A DNA stretch of 40,906 nucleotides, taken from positions 1-40,906 of the forward strand of contig DUAO01000010.1 of NCBI GenBank assembly GCA_012960805.1, written 5' to 3'. This document shows, one piece after another, positions 7,766-19,392 of this stretch (positions within the stretch are counted from its first letter, which is position 1; every line of letters starts with the position of its first letter). A model generated the notes under the pieces. That model saw only the letters and a list, made by a program, of their open reading frames with translations. It had not been told where the DNA came from and did not search any database. Made by a program: the position numbers and the translations under genes. The stretch is from Flavobacteriales bacterium. Its GTDB lineage: Bacteria; Bacteroidota; Bacteroidia; Flavobacteriales; BACL11.

Positions 7766-10700
7766 TTGGCAACACAAAACAACACTCAAAGAATTAATTT
7801 TGCATCCATTAAAAAAACGGTTGATTTTCCGGATTTTTTAGATGTTCAGCTTCAAAGTTTCCAATCTTTTTTTCAAATAGGCACTACCTTAGAAGAAAGA
7901 AGAAATGAAAAGCTTTACAAAGCATTTGAAGAACTTTTCCCAATTACAGATTCAAGAAACAATTTTGTTCTTGAATTTATTGATTATACAATTGATCCTC
8001 CAAGATATTCTATTGAAGAATGTATTAATAGAGGACTTACTTTTAAAGTGCCATTAAAGGTAAAAATAAAGTTATATTGTACTGATCCTGATCATGAGGA
8101 ATTTGAAACTATCGTTCAGGATGTTTATTTCGGAAATATTCCGTTTATGACACCTAAAGGTAGTTTTGTGATTAATGGAGCTGAACGAGTTATTGTTTCT
8201 CAATTACACAGATCTCCAGGTGTATTCTTTGGACAAAGTTTCCATTCCAATGGAACAAAATTATATTCAGCAAGGGTAATTCCTTTTAAAGGTTCTTGGA
8301 TTGAGTTTACTACAGATATAAACAATGTAATGTATGCTTACATTGACAGAAAGAAAAAATTACCAGTTACTACTTTATTAAGAGCTATCGGTTACGAAAG
8401 CGACAGAGATATTCTTGAAATTTTTAATCTTGCTGATGAGGTGAAAGTTTCTAAAAGTGGATTAAAAAGAGTTATAGGAAGAAAATTAGCTGCCAGAGTA
8501 TTAAAGTCTTGGGTTGATGATTTTGTGGATGAAGATACTGGTGAATTAGTACCAATTGAAAGAAATGAAGTCATTCTTGAAAGAGATACTATTATTGAGA
8601 AATCACATATTGATGATATTTTGAATTCCGAGATTGAAACGATTTTATTGCATAAAGATGATGGAAATGCATCTGACCATGCTTTAGTATATAATACTTT
8701 ACAAAAAGATCCAACTAACTCTGAAGTTGAGGCAGTAAGACATATTTATAGACAATTGAGAAGTGCTGAGGCGCCGGATGATGAAACGGCAAGAGGAATT
8801 ATTGATAAATTATTTTTTTCTGATCAGAGATATAGCTTAGGTCATGTAGGGAGATTCAGAATTAATTCAAGATTAAAACTCGATATTCCTGAAGATAAAA
8901 TGGTGTTAACTAATGCAGATATTGTATCTATTATTAGTAATCTTATCTCATTAGTTAACTCAAAAGGGGATGTGGATGATATTGATCACTTGAGCAATAG
9001 AAGAATTAGAACGGTAGGTGAGCAACTTTCAAACCAATTTGCTGTTGGATTGAGTAGAATGGCAAGAACTATTCGTGAAAGAATGAATGTTAGAGATAAT
9101 GAAGTGTTTACCCCTATTGACTTGATTAATGCAAAGACTTTGTCTGCAGTAATTAATTCATTCTTTGGAACTTCACAATTATCTCAGTTCATGGATCAAA
9201 CTAATCCGCTTGCAGAGGTAACACACAAAAGAAGAATTTCTGCACTTGGGCCTGGTGGTTTAACAAGAGAAAGAGCAGGTTTTGAGGTGCGTGATGTTCA
9301 TTATACTCACTACGGAAGACTTTGTCCTATTGAAACTCCTGAGGGGCCAAATATTGGACTGATATCATCTTTAGCTGTTTTTGCTAAGATTAATAGTTTA
9401 GGGTTTATTGAAACTCCCTATAGAAATGTTGTAGAAGGAAAAATTGACATTTCAAAGGCGCCTGTTTATAAAACTGCAGAAGAGGAAGAACAAGAGATTA
9501 TTGCACAAGCTAATGCACCTCTCACTGAAGACGGATCGTTTGTAAATGATAGAATTCAGTCGAGAAGTGAGGCTGATTATTTAATTGCTGAGCCTAAGAA
9601 TGTAACTTTAATGGATGTAGCGCCAAATCAGATTGCATCTATTGCAGCATCATTAATTCCTTTCTTGGAACATGATGATGCCAACAGAGCGCTGATGGGG
9701 TCGAACATGATGCGTCAAGCGGTGCCTTTGTTAAGAACGGATGCGCCTATTGTTGGTACAGGAATTGAACCTTATGTTGCTCGTGATTCTAGAACCATGA
9801 TTAATGCAGAGGGTATAGGTAAAGTGACTTATGTTGATGCAAATACAATAAAAGTAAAATACACTAAAACTGAGGATGAAAAATTAGTAAGCTTTGATAA
9901 GGACGAAAAAACATATAGCTTAACTAAGTTCCAAAAAACGAATCAGAGAACGTGTATTAATATCCAGCCAATTGTTAGAGCTGGAGATAAAGTAACTAAA
10001 GGACAGGTGTTATGTGATGGTTATGCAACTGAAAATGGTGAATTAGCGATTGGTTGTAACTTGAAAGTCGCCTTCATGCCTTGGAAAGGATATAACTTTG
10101 AGGATGCAATTATCTTATCAGAAAGAGTGGTTAGAGAAGATTTATTCACTTCATTACATATTGAAGAGCACACCTCTAATGTTAGAGAAACAAAAAGGGG
10201 GGCTGAGGAATTAACAGCTGATATCCCTAATATTTCAGAAACAGCTACTAAAGATTTAGATGAATATGGCATGGTAAGAGTTGGCGCTCATGTTAAAACA
10301 GGGGATATTCTTATTGGTAAAATTACTCCTAAAGGAGAGTCAGATCCTACTCCAGAAGAAAAATTATTAAGAGCTATCTTTGGCGAAAAGGCAGGGGATG
10401 TAAAAGATGCGTCATTAAAAACTAAACCTTCTAATCAAGGGGTAATTATTGGTAAATCATTATTCTTAAAAACCATAAAAGATAAAAAAAGTAAATTAGA
10501 TGATAAGGAAGAACTAGAGCGTTTAGATGTTATTTTTGAAAAAGAAGCTTCTGTACTTAAAAATATTTTAGCTGCTAAACTTTATCAAATCATTGGAGGT
10601 AAGGCTTCAAAAGGGGTTCAGAATATTTTAGGAGAAGAAGTAATTCCTAAAAGCGAGAAATTTACTAAGAAAATGTTATTAGCAGTTGATTTTACTTTAG

Positions 10701-11575
10701 TTGATCCTTATAAATGGACAGGAAGTCAACCAAACAATATTTTAGTAAATAGAACGATTGAAAATTACCTTAGAATGTATAATGACATCTATGGTGAATA
10801 TAGAAGGAAGCGTTTTGCAATTACAATTGGTGATGAATTGCCGAATGGCGTTTTGCAATTAGCAAAAGTTCAGATTGCTCAGAAAAGAAAAGTTAAGGTT
10901 GGTGATAAGTTAGCAGGTCGTCATGGTAATAAAGGTATTGTGTCTCGTATTGTAAAAGATGAGGATATGCCTTTCTTAGAAGATGGAACTCCAGTTGATA
11001 TTATTTTAAATCCGTTAGGAGTACCTTCAAGAATGAATCTTGGACAGATTTATGAAACCATCTTAGGTTGGGCAGGACAAGAATTAGGTAAAAAATACTT
11101 TACTCCTGTATTTGATGGAGCAAGTTTGGATCAAATTAATATTGAAACTGATGAAGCCGGATTACCAAGACTAGGTCAAACTTATCTTTATGACGGGGGA
11201 ACAGGTGAGCGTTTTGAGCAAACAGCCACAGTTGGCATCATATATATGCTTAAATTAGGCCACTTAATTGACGATAAGATGCACGCTCGTTCTATCGGGC
11301 CATACTCCTTAATTACACAACAGCCACTTGGAGGTAAGGCTCAGAATGGAGGGCAAAGACTTGGAGAGATGGAGGTTTGGGCACTAGAAGGATATGGTGC
11401 TGCTAATATCCTACAAGAGATGCTTACTTTGAAATCGGATGATGTGATTGGTAGAGCTCAAGCATTTGAGGCAATAGTAAAAGGAAAAGAATTGCCAGAA
11501 CCAGGAATTCCAGAATCATTTAATGTATTACTACATGAATTGAACGGCTTAGGACTTAAAGTTTCATTTGAATAA
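7766..11575 (+). CDS. rpoB: DNA-directed RNA polymerase beta subunit (TTG start)
   Basis: 1269 aa with full-length beta-subunit similarity. The conserved N-terminus [19 protein letters not shown] begins 8 codons after the TTG at 7766. No in-frame ATG or GTG lies between the upstream stop (7712) and that motif. Confidence 0.97.
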   Translation: MATQNNTQRINFASIKKTVDFPDFLDVQLQSFQSFFQIGTTLEERRNEKLYKAFEELFPITDSRNNFVLEFIDYTIDPPRYSIEECINRGLTFKVPLKVKIKLYCTDPDHEEFETIVQDVYFGNIPFMTPKGSFVINGAERVIVSQLHRSPGVFFGQSFHSNGTKLYSARVIPFKGSWIEFTTDINNVMYAYIDRKKKLPVTTLLRAIGYESDRDILEIFNLADEVKVSKSGLKRVIGRKLAARVLKSWVDDFVDEDTGELVPIERNEVILERDTIIEKSHIDDILNSEIETILLHKDDGNASDHALVYNTLQKDPTNSEVEAVRHIYRQLRSAEAPDDETARGIIDKLFFSDQRYSLGHVGRFRINSRLKLDIPEDKMVLTNADIVSIISNLISLVNSKGDVDDIDHLSNRRIRTVGEQLSNQFAVGLSRMARTIRERMNVRDNEVFTPIDLINAKTLSAVINSFFGTSQLSQFMDQTNPLAEVTHKRRISALGPGGLTRERAGFEVRDVHYTHYGRLCPIETPEGPNIGLISSLAVFAKINSLGFIETPYRNVVEGKIDISKAPVYKTAEEEEQEIIAQANAPLTEDGSFVNDRIQSRSEADYLIAEPKNVTLMDVAPNQIASIAASLIPFLEHDDANRALMGSNMMRQAVPLLRTDAPIVGTGIEPYVARDSRTMINAEGIGKVTYVDANTIKVKYTKTEDEKLVSFDKDEKTYSLTKFQKTNQRTCINIQPIVRAGDKVTKGQVLCDGYATENGELAIGCNLKVAFMPWKGYNFEDAIILSERVVREDLFTSLHIEEHTSNVRETKRGAEELTADIPNISETATKDLDEYGMVRVGAHVKTGDILIGKITPKGESDPTPEEKLLRAIFGEKAGDVKDASLKTKPSNQGVIIGKSLFLKTIKDKKSKLDDKEELERLDVIFEKEASVLKNILAAKLYQIIGGKASKGVQNILGEEVIPKSEKFTKKMLLAVDFTLVDPYKWTGSQPNNILVNRTIENYLRMYNDIYGEYRRKRFAITIGDELPNGVLQLAKVQIAQKRKVKVGDKLAGRHGNKGIVSRIVKDEDMPFLEDGTPVDIILNPLGVPSRMNLGQIYETILGWAGQELGKKYFTPVFDGASLDQINIETDEAGLPRLGQTYLYDGGTGERFEQTATVGIIYMLKLGHLIDDKMHARSIGPYSLITQQPLGGKAQNGGQRLGEMEVWALEGYGAANILQEMLTLKSDDVIGRAQAFEAIVKGKELPEPGIPESFNVLLHELNGLGLKVSFE

Positions 11576-11586
11576 TAATATTAATT

Positions 11587-14500
11587 ATGCGAAATAATAA
11601 AAATAATAAACAAACTCAGGATATCAATACTATCAAAATTAGTTTAACATCTCCTGAAGATATTTTAACAAAATCATTTGGTGAGGTTACAAAACCAGAA
11701 ACGATTAACTATAGAACGTATAAGCCAGAAAGTGGTGGATTATTCTGTGAAAGAGTTTTTGGTCCTACCAAAGATTTTGAATGCTATTGTGGAAAATATA
11801 AAAGAATCCGTTATAGAGGTATTGTATGTGATAGATGTGGTGTTGAAGTAACTGAAAAAAAAGTAAGAAGAGAGCGCATAGGACATATTAGTTTAGTTGT
11901 TCCCGTAGCTCACATTTGGTACTTCCGTACTTTACCTAACAAAATTGGTTATTTATTAGGGTTACCTTCTAAGAAATTAGACATGATTATTTACTATGAA
12001 CGATTTGTAGTAATTAATATAGGTGAAGGCGCTGTAAATACTGAAGGTGAAGCTGTAAAATATTTAGATTTTCTTACTGAAGAAGAGTATTTGGATATTT
12101 TGGATGCTCAGCCATTAGAGAATCAGTACTTAAGCGATGATGATCCTAAGAAATTTGTTGCAAAAATGGGAGCTGAGGCTATTCATGATTTGTTAGCAAA
12201 ATTAAACTTAGCTGATTTATCATATCAATTGAGAGATCAGGCAGCCAATGAAACTTCACAACAAAGAAAAACAGAGGCTTTAAAGCGTTTAAAAGTTGTT
12301 GAGTCTATGCGTGAAGGACAGTTGCATACTGAGAATAATCCTGAGTGGATGATAGTTAAAGTTATTTCTGTAATTCCGCCAGAATTAAGACCTTTAGTTC
12401 CTTTGGATGGCGGACGTTTTGCTACTTCTGATTTGAATGATTTATACAGGAGAGTAATTATCAGAAACAACAGATTGAAAAGATTAATGGAAATTAATGC
12501 TCCTGAAATTATCTTGAGAAATGAGAAAAGAATGTTGCAGGAAGCTGTAGATGCACTTTTTGATAATTCAAGAAAATCATCAGCCGTAAAAGCAGATGGT
12601 AAAAGAGCTTTAAAATCTTTATCAGATTCTTTAAAAGGAAAACAAGGTAGATTTCGTCAGAATTTATTGGGTAAAAGGGTAGATTATTCTGCTCGTTCGG
12701 TAATTATTGTAGGACCAGAATTGAAATTACACGAATGTGGATTACCTAAAGATATGGCTGCTGAATTATATAAGCCATTTATCATTAGAAAACTGACCGA
12801 AAGAGGTATTGTAAAAACAGTAAAAGCTGCTAAAAAAATTATTGACAGCAAAGAGCCTGTCGTTTGGGATATCTTAGAAAATGTGATGCATGGACATCCA
12901 GTTTTATTAAACAGAGCGCCTACACTTCATAGATTAGGTATTCAGGCCTTCCAACCTAAACTGATTGAAGGGAAAGCAATTCAATTACATCCATTAGCTT
13001 GTGCGGCTTTTAATGCCGATTTTGATGGAGATCAAATGGCAGTTCACTTACCTTTAGGTGCTCCTGCAATTTTGGAAGCTCAAGTATTAATGTTAGCTTC
13101 ACACAATATTTTGAATCCAGCAAATGGTGCTCCTATTACTGTTCCTTCACAGGATATGGTACTTGGTTTATATTACATGACTAAGGAAAAAAGAACAACG
13201 GATCAGGAAAAAGTAAAAGGAGAAGGAATGACTTTCTATGCATTAGAAGAGGTGAAGATTGCTTACAATGAAAAGCAAGTTGACTTACATGCAATGATTA
13301 AAGTAAGGGTTAATGATACTAAAGGAAAAAATGCTTTAATTGAAACAACTGTTGGGAGAGTTTTGTTTAATGAATTTGTTCCTGAACAAGTAGAGTTTGT
13401 AAATGAATTACTTACTAAAAAAGCATTGAGAGATATTATTGGGAATATACTTGAAAAATGCGGTGTAGCGCGTACTGTTCATTTCTTAGATGCAATTAAA
13501 ACGATCGGATTTAATATGGCATTTAAAGGTGGATTGTCATTTAACCTTGGCGATGTAATTGTTCCTGAAGAAAAAGAAGGTTTAATTACTGATGCTAATA
13601 AAAAAGTAGCTGAAATTAAAGTGAACTATGAAATGGGCTTTATCACTAATAATGAAAGATATAATCAAGTAATTGATATTTGGACAACAACTAATGCACG
13701 ATTAACAGATATTGTTATGAGAAATATTAGTTCTGACAAACAAGGATTTAATTCTGTATATATGATGCTTGATTCTGGAGCAAGAGGTTCTAAGGAACAA
13801 ATTCGTCAGTTATCTGGCATGAGAGGGTTAATGGCTAAGCCTAAAAAGTCAGGTGCTCACGGAGAATCAATTATCGAAAATCCGATTACAACTAATTTCA
13901 GAGAGGGTTTATCTATTTTAGAATACTTTATCTCTACTCACGGGGCCAGAAAAGGACTTGCAGATACAGCACTTAAAACGGCTGACGCTGGTTACTTAAC
14001 AAGAAGATTAGTTGATGTTGCGCAGGATGTTATTGTTACTGAAGAGGATTGTGATACATTAAGAGGACTAGAAATTTTTGCGCTAAAAAATAATGATGAT
14101 ATTATTGAAGTATTATCTGAACGAATTTCAGGTAGAGTAAGTTTACATGATGTGTATCATCCTAAAACTGAAAAGTTAATAATTGCTTCAAGCAATATGA
14201 TTACCGATACAATCGCAAAAGAGATTGATGCTGCAGGTATTGAAATGGTTGAAGTGCGTTCTGCATTAACTTGTAGTACGCGTAGAGGTATTTGCATTAA
14301 ATGTTACGGTAAATCATTATCGACTAACAGAATGGCGCAAGTAGGTGAGCCAGTTGGCGTAATTGCTGCTCAATCAGTTGGAGAGCCAGGCACACAACTT
14401 ACACTTAGAACTTTCCATGTTGGAGGTACTGCATCTAGATCAGAGGTAGATTCATCTATTGTAATTAAGAAAGATGGTAGATTAGAAATTGAAGACTTGA

Positions 14501-15900
14501 AGACAGTTAAGACCACTAATAAAGGTGGAGAGAAAGTTGAAATTGTAATTAGTAGAGCAGCTGAAACAAGAGTGATTGATGATAAGAATGGAGTTATCCT
14601 TTCTACAACAATTGTACCTTATGGCTCCACAATCTTCATTAAAGAAGGTGAAGTTAAGAAAGGAGACAAGATTTGTGAGTGGGATCCGTATAATGCTGTA
14701 ATTGTATCAGAAATTGCTGGTAAGGTTGAATTCAATGACATTAATGAAGGCGTTTCTTACCGTACTGAATCTGATGAACAAACTGGACACCAGGAAAAAG
14801 TAATTATAGATAGTAGAAATAGAAAACTCTCTCCATCTATTACTATTGGTGATAAAAATTATAGTGTACCTGTAGGTTCGCATTTAGCTGTTAATGATGC
14901 GGATAAAATTAAATCGGGTGCTATTTTAGCTAAGATTCCAAGGTCAGCAGGTTCATCTGGGGATATTACAGGGGGTCTTCCAAGAGTAACGGAAATGTTT
15001 GAAGCAAGAAATCCTTCTAATCCTGCAATAGTTTCTGAAATTGATGGTTCGGTTGCACTTGGAAAAATAAAAAGAGGAAACAAAGAGGTGATTATTACTT
15101 CTAAAAATGGGGAAACCAAAAAATACTTAATCAAATTAGCTAAGCACATTTTAGTACAGGAAAATGATTATGTAAAATCAGGAACTCCACTTTGTGATGG
15201 TGTACTGACTCCAGCTGATATTTTAGCGATTAAAGGGGTAGTAACTGTTCAGCAATATATTGTTAATGAGATTCAAGATGTATACCGTTTGCAAGGGGTA
15301 AAAATTAACGACAAGCACTTTGAGGTATTGGTAAGACAAATGATGCGTAAAGTGCAAATTGTTGATTCTGGTGATACTTATTTCTTAGAAAACTCATTGG
15401 TAGGGAAAGAAAGCTTCAATACGCAAAATGATAAGATATTTGGCATGAAGTACATTGTTGAGGCTGGAGATTCTGAAGAATTAAAAGTAGGACAGATTGT
15501 ATCGCAAAGACAATTAAGAGAAGAGAATTCAAGATTGAAGCGTAAGGACATGAAAGAAGTAGAGGCTAGAAATGCTGTTTCGGCAGTAGCCACACCAGTT
15601 CTTCAAGGAATTACAAGAGCTTCATTACAAGTAGATTCTTGGATTTCAGCCGCATCATTCCAGCAGACTACTAAAGTACTTAATGAAGCTTCAATTAATG
15701 CTAAGCACGATCACTTAATCGGACTGAAAGAGAATGTAATTATTGGTAAGAAAATACCAGCAGGCACAGGGTTAGTTCATTCTGCAGATATAATTGTTGG
15801 CTCGAAAGCTGAGTACGATAAATTAATGAATCCTGATACTGAGGAAGTTGCAATTGAAGAGGCTGTAGAGACTGCAACAGAAACTTCAGTTGAAGAATAA
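11587..15900 (+). CDS. rpoC: DNA-directed RNA polymerase beta' subunit
   Basis: 1437 aa. It has the zinc-binding [23 protein letters not shown] and the catalytic [12 protein letters not shown] motif. Confidence 0.98.
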   Translation: MRNNKNNKQTQDINTIKISLTSPEDILTKSFGEVTKPETINYRTYKPESGGLFCERVFGPTKDFECYCGKYKRIRYRGIVCDRCGVEVTEKKVRRERIGHISLVVPVAHIWYFRTLPNKIGYLLGLPSKKLDMIIYYERFVVINIGEGAVNTEGEAVKYLDFLTEEEYLDILDAQPLENQYLSDDDPKKFVAKMGAEAIHDLLAKLNLADLSYQLRDQAANETSQQRKTEALKRLKVVESMREGQLHTENNPEWMIVKVISVIPPELRPLVPLDGGRFATSDLNDLYRRVIIRNNRLKRLMEINAPEIILRNEKRMLQEAVDALFDNSRKSSAVKADGKRALKSLSDSLKGKQGRFRQNLLGKRVDYSARSVIIVGPELKLHECGLPKDMAAELYKPFIIRKLTERGIVKTVKAAKKIIDSKEPVVWDILENVMHGHPVLLNRAPTLHRLGIQAFQPKLIEGKAIQLHPLACAAFNADFDGDQMAVHLPLGAPAILEAQVLMLASHNILNPANGAPITVPSQDMVLGLYYMTKEKRTTDQEKVKGEGMTFYALEEVKIAYNEKQVDLHAMIKVRVNDTKGKNALIETTVGRVLFNEFVPEQVEFVNELLTKKALRDIIGNILEKCGVARTVHFLDAIKTIGFNMAFKGGLSFNLGDVIVPEEKEGLITDANKKVAEIKVNYEMGFITNNERYNQVIDIWTTTNARLTDIVMRNISSDKQGFNSVYMMLDSGARGSKEQIRQLSGMRGLMAKPKKSGAHGESIIENPITTNFREGLSILEYFISTHGARKGLADTALKTADAGYLTRRLVDVAQDVIVTEEDCDTLRGLEIFALKNNDDIIEVLSERISGRVSLHDVYHPKTEKLIIASSNMITDTIAKEIDAAGIEMVEVRSALTCSTRRGICIKCYGKSLSTNRMAQVGEPVGVIAAQSVGEPGTQLTLRTFHVGGTASRSEVDSSIVIKKDGRLEIEDLKTVKTTNKGGEKVEIVISRAAETRVIDDKNGVILSTTIVPYGSTIFIKEGEVKKGDKICEWDPYNAVIVSEIAGKVEFNDINEGVSYRTESDEQTGHQEKVIIDSRNRKLSPSITIGDKNYSVPVGSHLAVNDADKIKSGAILAKIPRSAGSSGDITGGLPRVTEMFEARNPSNPAIVSEIDGSVALGKIKRGNKEVIITSKNGETKKYLIKLAKHILVQENDYVKSGTPLCDGVLTPADILAIKGVVTVQQYIVNEIQDVYRLQGVKINDKHFEVLVRQMMRKVQIVDSGDTYFLENSLVGKESFNTQNDKIFGMKYIVEAGDSEELKVGQIVSQRQLREENSRLKRKDMKEVEARNAVSAVATPVLQGITRASLQVDSWISAASFQQTTKVLNEASINAKHDHLIGLKENVIIGKKIPAGTGLVHSADIIVGSKAEYDKLMNPDTEEVAIEEAVETATETSVEE

Positions 15901-15910
15901 AATAATAATT

Positions 15911-16225
15911 ATGTCAGAAGAAAAGAAAAAAGAAGGGTTAAATATTGAGCTTACTGAAGAAGTAGCTGAAGGAACTTATAGCAATTTGGCTATTATCAAT
16001 CATTCTCCATCAGAGTTTGTGGTTGATTTTATCCAAATGATGCCAGGAATTACTAAAGCAAAAGTAAAATCAAGAGTTATCCTGACTCCTCAACATGCAA
16101 AACGATTAATGAAAGCACTTGCTGATAATGTAAGTAAATTTGAAAATCAGCATGGTGAAATTAAGGATGTTGATCCTGTTGCAGGAATTCCAATGAACTT
16201 TGGAGGCCCTACACCATTGGCATAA
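15911..16225 (+). CDS. DUF3467 domain-containing protein
   Basis: 104 aa from the ATG at 15911. The core EGTYSNLAIINHSPSEFVVDFIQMMPG...VKSRVILTPQHAKRLMKAL matches the DUF3467 family commonly found downstream of rpoC in Bacteroidota. The 15890 start in the ORF track overlaps rpoC and adds non-conserved residues. Confidence 0.75.
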   Translation: MSEEKKKEGLNIELTEEVAEGTYSNLAIINHSPSEFVVDFIQMMPGITKAKVKSRVILTPQHAKRLMKALADNVSKFENQHGEIKDVDPVAGIPMNFGGPTPLA

Positions 16226-16245
16226 TTATAAAAGTTTATAAAACT

Positions 16246-16274
16246 AAAAAAGCCTGCAATTGCAGGCTTTTTTT
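16246..16274. terminator. Bidirectional rho-independent terminator between the convergent DUF3467 gene and pruA
   Basis: A5-AGCCTGC-aatt-GCAGGCT-T6. The perfect GC-containing stem is flanked by an A-tract and a T-tract, so it can act on both strands. Confidence 0.8.
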
Positions 16275-16295
16275 ATGTTCAATAATTAAAGTTGT

Positions 16296-17921
16296 TTATC
16301 CTAAGAAAGGATATTTGTAATCAGTTGCAGGCACAAAGGTTTCTTTAATTGTTCTTGGAGAAACCCATCTTAACAAATTTAAGATTGATCCTGCTTTATC
16401 ATTTGTGCCCGATCCTCTGGCGCCGCCAAAAGGTTGTTGTCCAACTACTGCTCCTGTTGGCTTGTCATTAATATAGAAGTTTCCTGCTGCATTTTCAAGC
16501 ACTTTAGTTGCATATTCAGCAGCATATCTATCCACTGATAAAATAGCACCTGTAAGTGCATATTCTGAAGTACTATCTACTAATTCTAGCGTTTCTTCCC
16601 ACTTTTCGGCATCATATACATAGATAGTCATTACAGGTCCAAATATTTCCTCCACCATAGTTTTGAACTTAGGATTTGTTGTTACAATAAGAGTTGGCTC
16701 AATAAAATAACCAGTTGATTTATCATAATTTCCTCCAGCAATAATTTCTGCATCATTAGCTTCTTTAGCATAATCAATGTAAGATGAAATACTATCAAAT
16801 GCTTTTTCAGAGATTACGGCATTTATAAAGTTTGAAGTATCTTCAGGAGAACCCATTTTGAAGCTTTTAGTATCTGCAATAATTTGAGTTTTTACATCTT
16901 CCCATAAGTTAGAAGGAATGTAAGCGCGAGAGGCAGCAGAACATTTCTGTCCTTGGAATTCAAAAGCACCTCTTGAGATAGCTGTTGCTACTTCAGCAGC
17001 TACTGCTGATTTGTGTGCGATAATAAAATCCTTACCACCCGTTTCACCAACTATTCTTGGGTAAGATTTATACTTCTCAATATTATTTCCAATATTTTTC
17101 CAAAGTGTTCGGAACACATCAGTAGAGCCAGTAAAATGAAGTCCTGCAAAGTTTTTGTCTTCAAATACTACTTTTGATATCTCTTTACCACTTACCGTTA
17201 CCATATTGATAACTCCATCAGGCAATCCTGCCGCTTGGAATATTTCCATGATTACTTGTGCAGAATAAATCTGTGTTTCAGCAGGTTTCCAAACCACTAC
17301 ATTACCAAGCATTGCAGGTGCAGCACAAAGGTTAGCGCAAATAGATGTAAAGTTAAAAGGGGTAAGCGCAAATACAAATCCTTCCAAAGGCCTGTGCTCT
17401 AGTCGGTTCCACATTCCTGGTTGTGATTCTGGCTGTTCCTTATATAGCTGACTCATGTACTGCACATTGAATTTAAAGAAATCAATCAATTCACAAGCGG
17501 CATCAACCTCTGCTTGAATTACATTTTTACTTTGAGCAAGCATGGTAGCTGCATTCAGTTTTGCACGAAATGGTCCTGCTAATAAATCAGCTGCTTTCAA
17601 AAAGATAGAGGCTCTGTGCTCCCAACTCATGTTTGCCCATTTTTTACGAGCAGCCATAGCAGCATCTATTGCATCACGCACTTCTTGTGCTCCACCATAG
17701 TTGGAAGTGCCGATTACATGTGCATGCTCATGCGGAGGCGTTAAATTCCTTTTATCATTAGTAAATACTTGTTTATCGCCAATATACATAGGTACATCAA
17801 CAGTAGTATTGTACATTCTTTTGTATTCTGCTAGTAATTCAGTGCGCTCAGGACTTCCTGGAGCATATCCTTTTACTGGTTCGTTTACCGCAATGGGTAC
17901 ATTATAAAATCCGTTTGACAT
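16296..17921 (-). CDS. pruA: L-glutamate gamma-semialdehyde (1-pyrroline-5-carboxylate) dehydrogenase
   Basis: 541 aa aldehyde dehydrogenase fold. Catalytic Glu context IVGETGGKDF and catalytic Cys context FEFQGQKCSAASRAY are present. The N-terminus FYNVPIAVNEPVKGYAPGSPER is typical of stand-alone P5CDH. Confidence 0.85.
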   Translation of the reverse strand: MSNGFYNVPIAVNEPVKGYAPGSPERTELLAEYKRMYNTTVDVPMYIGDKQVFTNDKRNLTPPHEHAHVIGTSNYGGAQEVRDAIDAAMAARKKWANMSWEHRASIFLKAADLLAGPFRAKLNAATMLAQSKNVIQAEVDAACELIDFFKFNVQYMSQLYKEQPESQPGMWNRLEHRPLEGFVFALTPFNFTSICANLCAAPAMLGNVVVWKPAETQIYSAQVIMEIFQAAGLPDGVINMVTVSGKEISKVVFEDKNFAGLHFTGSTDVFRTLWKNIGNNIEKYKSYPRIVGETGGKDFIIAHKSAVAAEVATAISRGAFEFQGQKCSAASRAYIPSNLWEDVKTQIIADTKSFKMGSPEDTSNFINAVISEKAFDSISSYIDYAKEANDAEIIAGGNYDKSTGYFIEPTLIVTTNPKFKTMVEEIFGPVMTIYVYDAEKWEETLELVDSTSEYALTGAILSVDRYAAEYATKVLENAAGNFYINDKPTGAVVGQQPFGGARGSGTNDKAGSILNLLRWVSPRTIKETFVPATDYKYPFLG

Positions 17922-17952
17922 TCTTTTAGTTTTTATTTAGACAATCAGTTTG

Positions 17953-17960
17953 CAAATTTA
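17953..17960 (-). promoter_or_regulatory. Candidate -7 box (TAAATTTG) for pruA
   Basis: The reverse complement of 17953-17960 is TAAATTTG, about 30 nt upstream of the pruA ATG (17921). I found no clean -33 TTG. Confidence 0.35.
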
Positions 17961-17974
17961 GTTATTTGCAATTA

Positions 17975-19315
17975 CTAAAAAAGTTCCTTGCTAGAAGTTT
18001 TTAAAAAACCTACAAATCTATCGTATCTATCTCCTACAGCACGGTAGTACACATACATATAATAATCGTTACGGGTTTGGTAATGCGTTCCTTCAATAAA
18101 GGATACATCCACACGATTAGTGCTAATATCTTGCAGGGCATAATGGTAGTTGTAATAGCCTTGTTTTAAGTACACACTTCCCTCATATTGTCTTTTCTGC
18201 TTGTTATAGTGTAATTTGAAATCTTCTTTCAGTTCCCAATCAGAAAAGCCACCCAACAAATACAAATCACCATAACTGATATTATCCATAGGCAAAGTAA
18301 AATGCACAAAAGCATAGTCTGCTTCTATTGCTGAAATTCTCCCCTCTTGTGATTTAATCAGAAAATTACCGTTAATATCTGGCTCAATAGAATAGCGATC
18401 AAAAGAGCGTTTTCTATCATTGAATAAATAAACTTGGTTGTATGTGCTATCATAAGTAATATTTTTTATTCTTTCCGATTGATATCTTAAACTTTTAAAA
18501 TCAAAATGACGAAATTCATTGTTTCCCCAAAAGGTATTATCGTCCTCATAATCGTAAATCAACTCATCATTTTTAACAAATAGAGGCGTTAAATCAGTTA
18601 TTGCATTATCCTCTTTGTTGTTTTGCTTAATGGTAACTTTTATATCAGAAAACGGGTCACCCACCACTAAGTTAGGATGCTTAATTGTAAAGTCAATTTC
18701 GTGCTTGGTTGTACGGTCCTCTGCTAAGGTTGCACGCCTCACTTGAGCTTCAATTGTAAGTTTGGTTTCCAGTACCATAAAGCGTTTGTATGCAATAGCA
18801 CTTCCTCCTTCTTCAAATATTTTAAATACATAATTTCCGGAAAGCATAGGTTTTATTTCCTCTGTTGGGAATTCAAAACTATAATGCGTGTATTTTTGTA
18901 GAGTATTGAAAGAAAATTCATAATTTGTTATTGGCTCATCAGTAAAACCACTTATGTATTCTGATTGCATTAAATCGCTTGCCGTCCAGTCAGCATTACA
19001 ATGAATGATAGTGTAATAATAATCCTTAATGTCAGCTTCCAAATCATCAAAACTGATTAGTAATTGCTCTTCAGAGTTTAAATTGATTATTGACAGGGAA
19101 AGTTCTTCCTCTTTTTTATGGCAAAGCAGGGTTTTTATTTGTGTATTGAAGGTTCCATTTTTATAAATAATTGCAGGTTCAGCAATGGTTATTGCTTCTG
19201 TAATGTTGCTGTCTACTACTGAATTGTTAGTGCTTGTTATTTCTTTTGTGCTATGGCATGATGTTATAAAAACAATATAAATAATCAGTAGTATTAGAAA
19301 GTTGTTAAATCTCAT
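17975..19315 (-). CDS. DUF5103 family lipoprotein (family currently named type IX secretion system plug protein)
   Basis: 446 aa with a lipoprotein signal (FITSC). The block LISFDDLEADIKDYYYTIIHCNADWTASDLMQSEYISGF...SGNYVFKIF matches my recollection of DUF5103 family conservation. The assignment is by recognition, not computation. Confidence 0.55.
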   Translation of the reverse strand: MRFNNFLILLIIYIVFITSCHSTKEITSTNNSVVDSNITEAITIAEPAIIYKNGTFNTQIKTLLCHKKEEELSLSIINLNSEEQLLISFDDLEADIKDYYYTIIHCNADWTASDLMQSEYISGFTDEPITNYEFSFNTLQKYTHYSFEFPTEEIKPMLSGNYVFKIFEEGGSAIAYKRFMVLETKLTIEAQVRRATLAEDRTTKHEIDFTIKHPNLVVGDPFSDIKVTIKQNNKEDNAITDLTPLFVKNDELIYDYEDDNTFWGNNEFRHFDFKSLRYQSERIKNITYDSTYNQVYLFNDRKRSFDRYSIEPDINGNFLIKSQEGRISAIEADYAFVHFTLPMDNISYGDLYLLGGFSDWELKEDFKLHYNKQKRQYEGSVYLKQGYYNYHYALQDISTNRVDVSFIEGTHYQTRNDYYMYVYYRAVGDRYDRFVGFLKTSSKELF

Positions 19316-19350
19316 TGAAAATTATGATTTAAATAGGTAAATAGTAACTG

Positions 19351-19366
19351 CAAATTTATACTTTTG
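19351..19366. promoter_or_regulatory. Back-to-back divergent -7 boxes (DUF5103 gene leftward, nqrA rightward)
   Basis: On the minus strand, TAAATTTG is the reverse complement of 19351-19358. TACTTTTG on the plus strand follows directly at 19359-19366. Both match TAnnTTTG and are correctly placed 20-35 nt upstream of their respective ATGs. Confidence 0.5.
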
Positions 19367-19392
19367 CAGCCGAAAAATCTAATTTAAAAAGG

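Noticed and set aside
4033-15593. Antisense ORFs inside tuf, nusG, rpoB and rpoC (4033-4305, 5183-5560, 8392-8574, 10021-10272, 12237-12470, 14859-15149, 15378-15593)
   Set aside because: All are fully nested opposite strongly conserved genes. They have low-complexity Ser/Leu/Ile-rich translations and no start context. They are typical shadow ORFs.
15890-15910. Upstream start for the DUF3467 gene overlapping the rpoC stop
   Set aside because: The extension MKNKIIIM is not part of the conserved family core and overlaps rpoC by 11 nt. The ATG at 15911 gives the typical MSEE... N-terminus. The upstream start remains possible but less likely.
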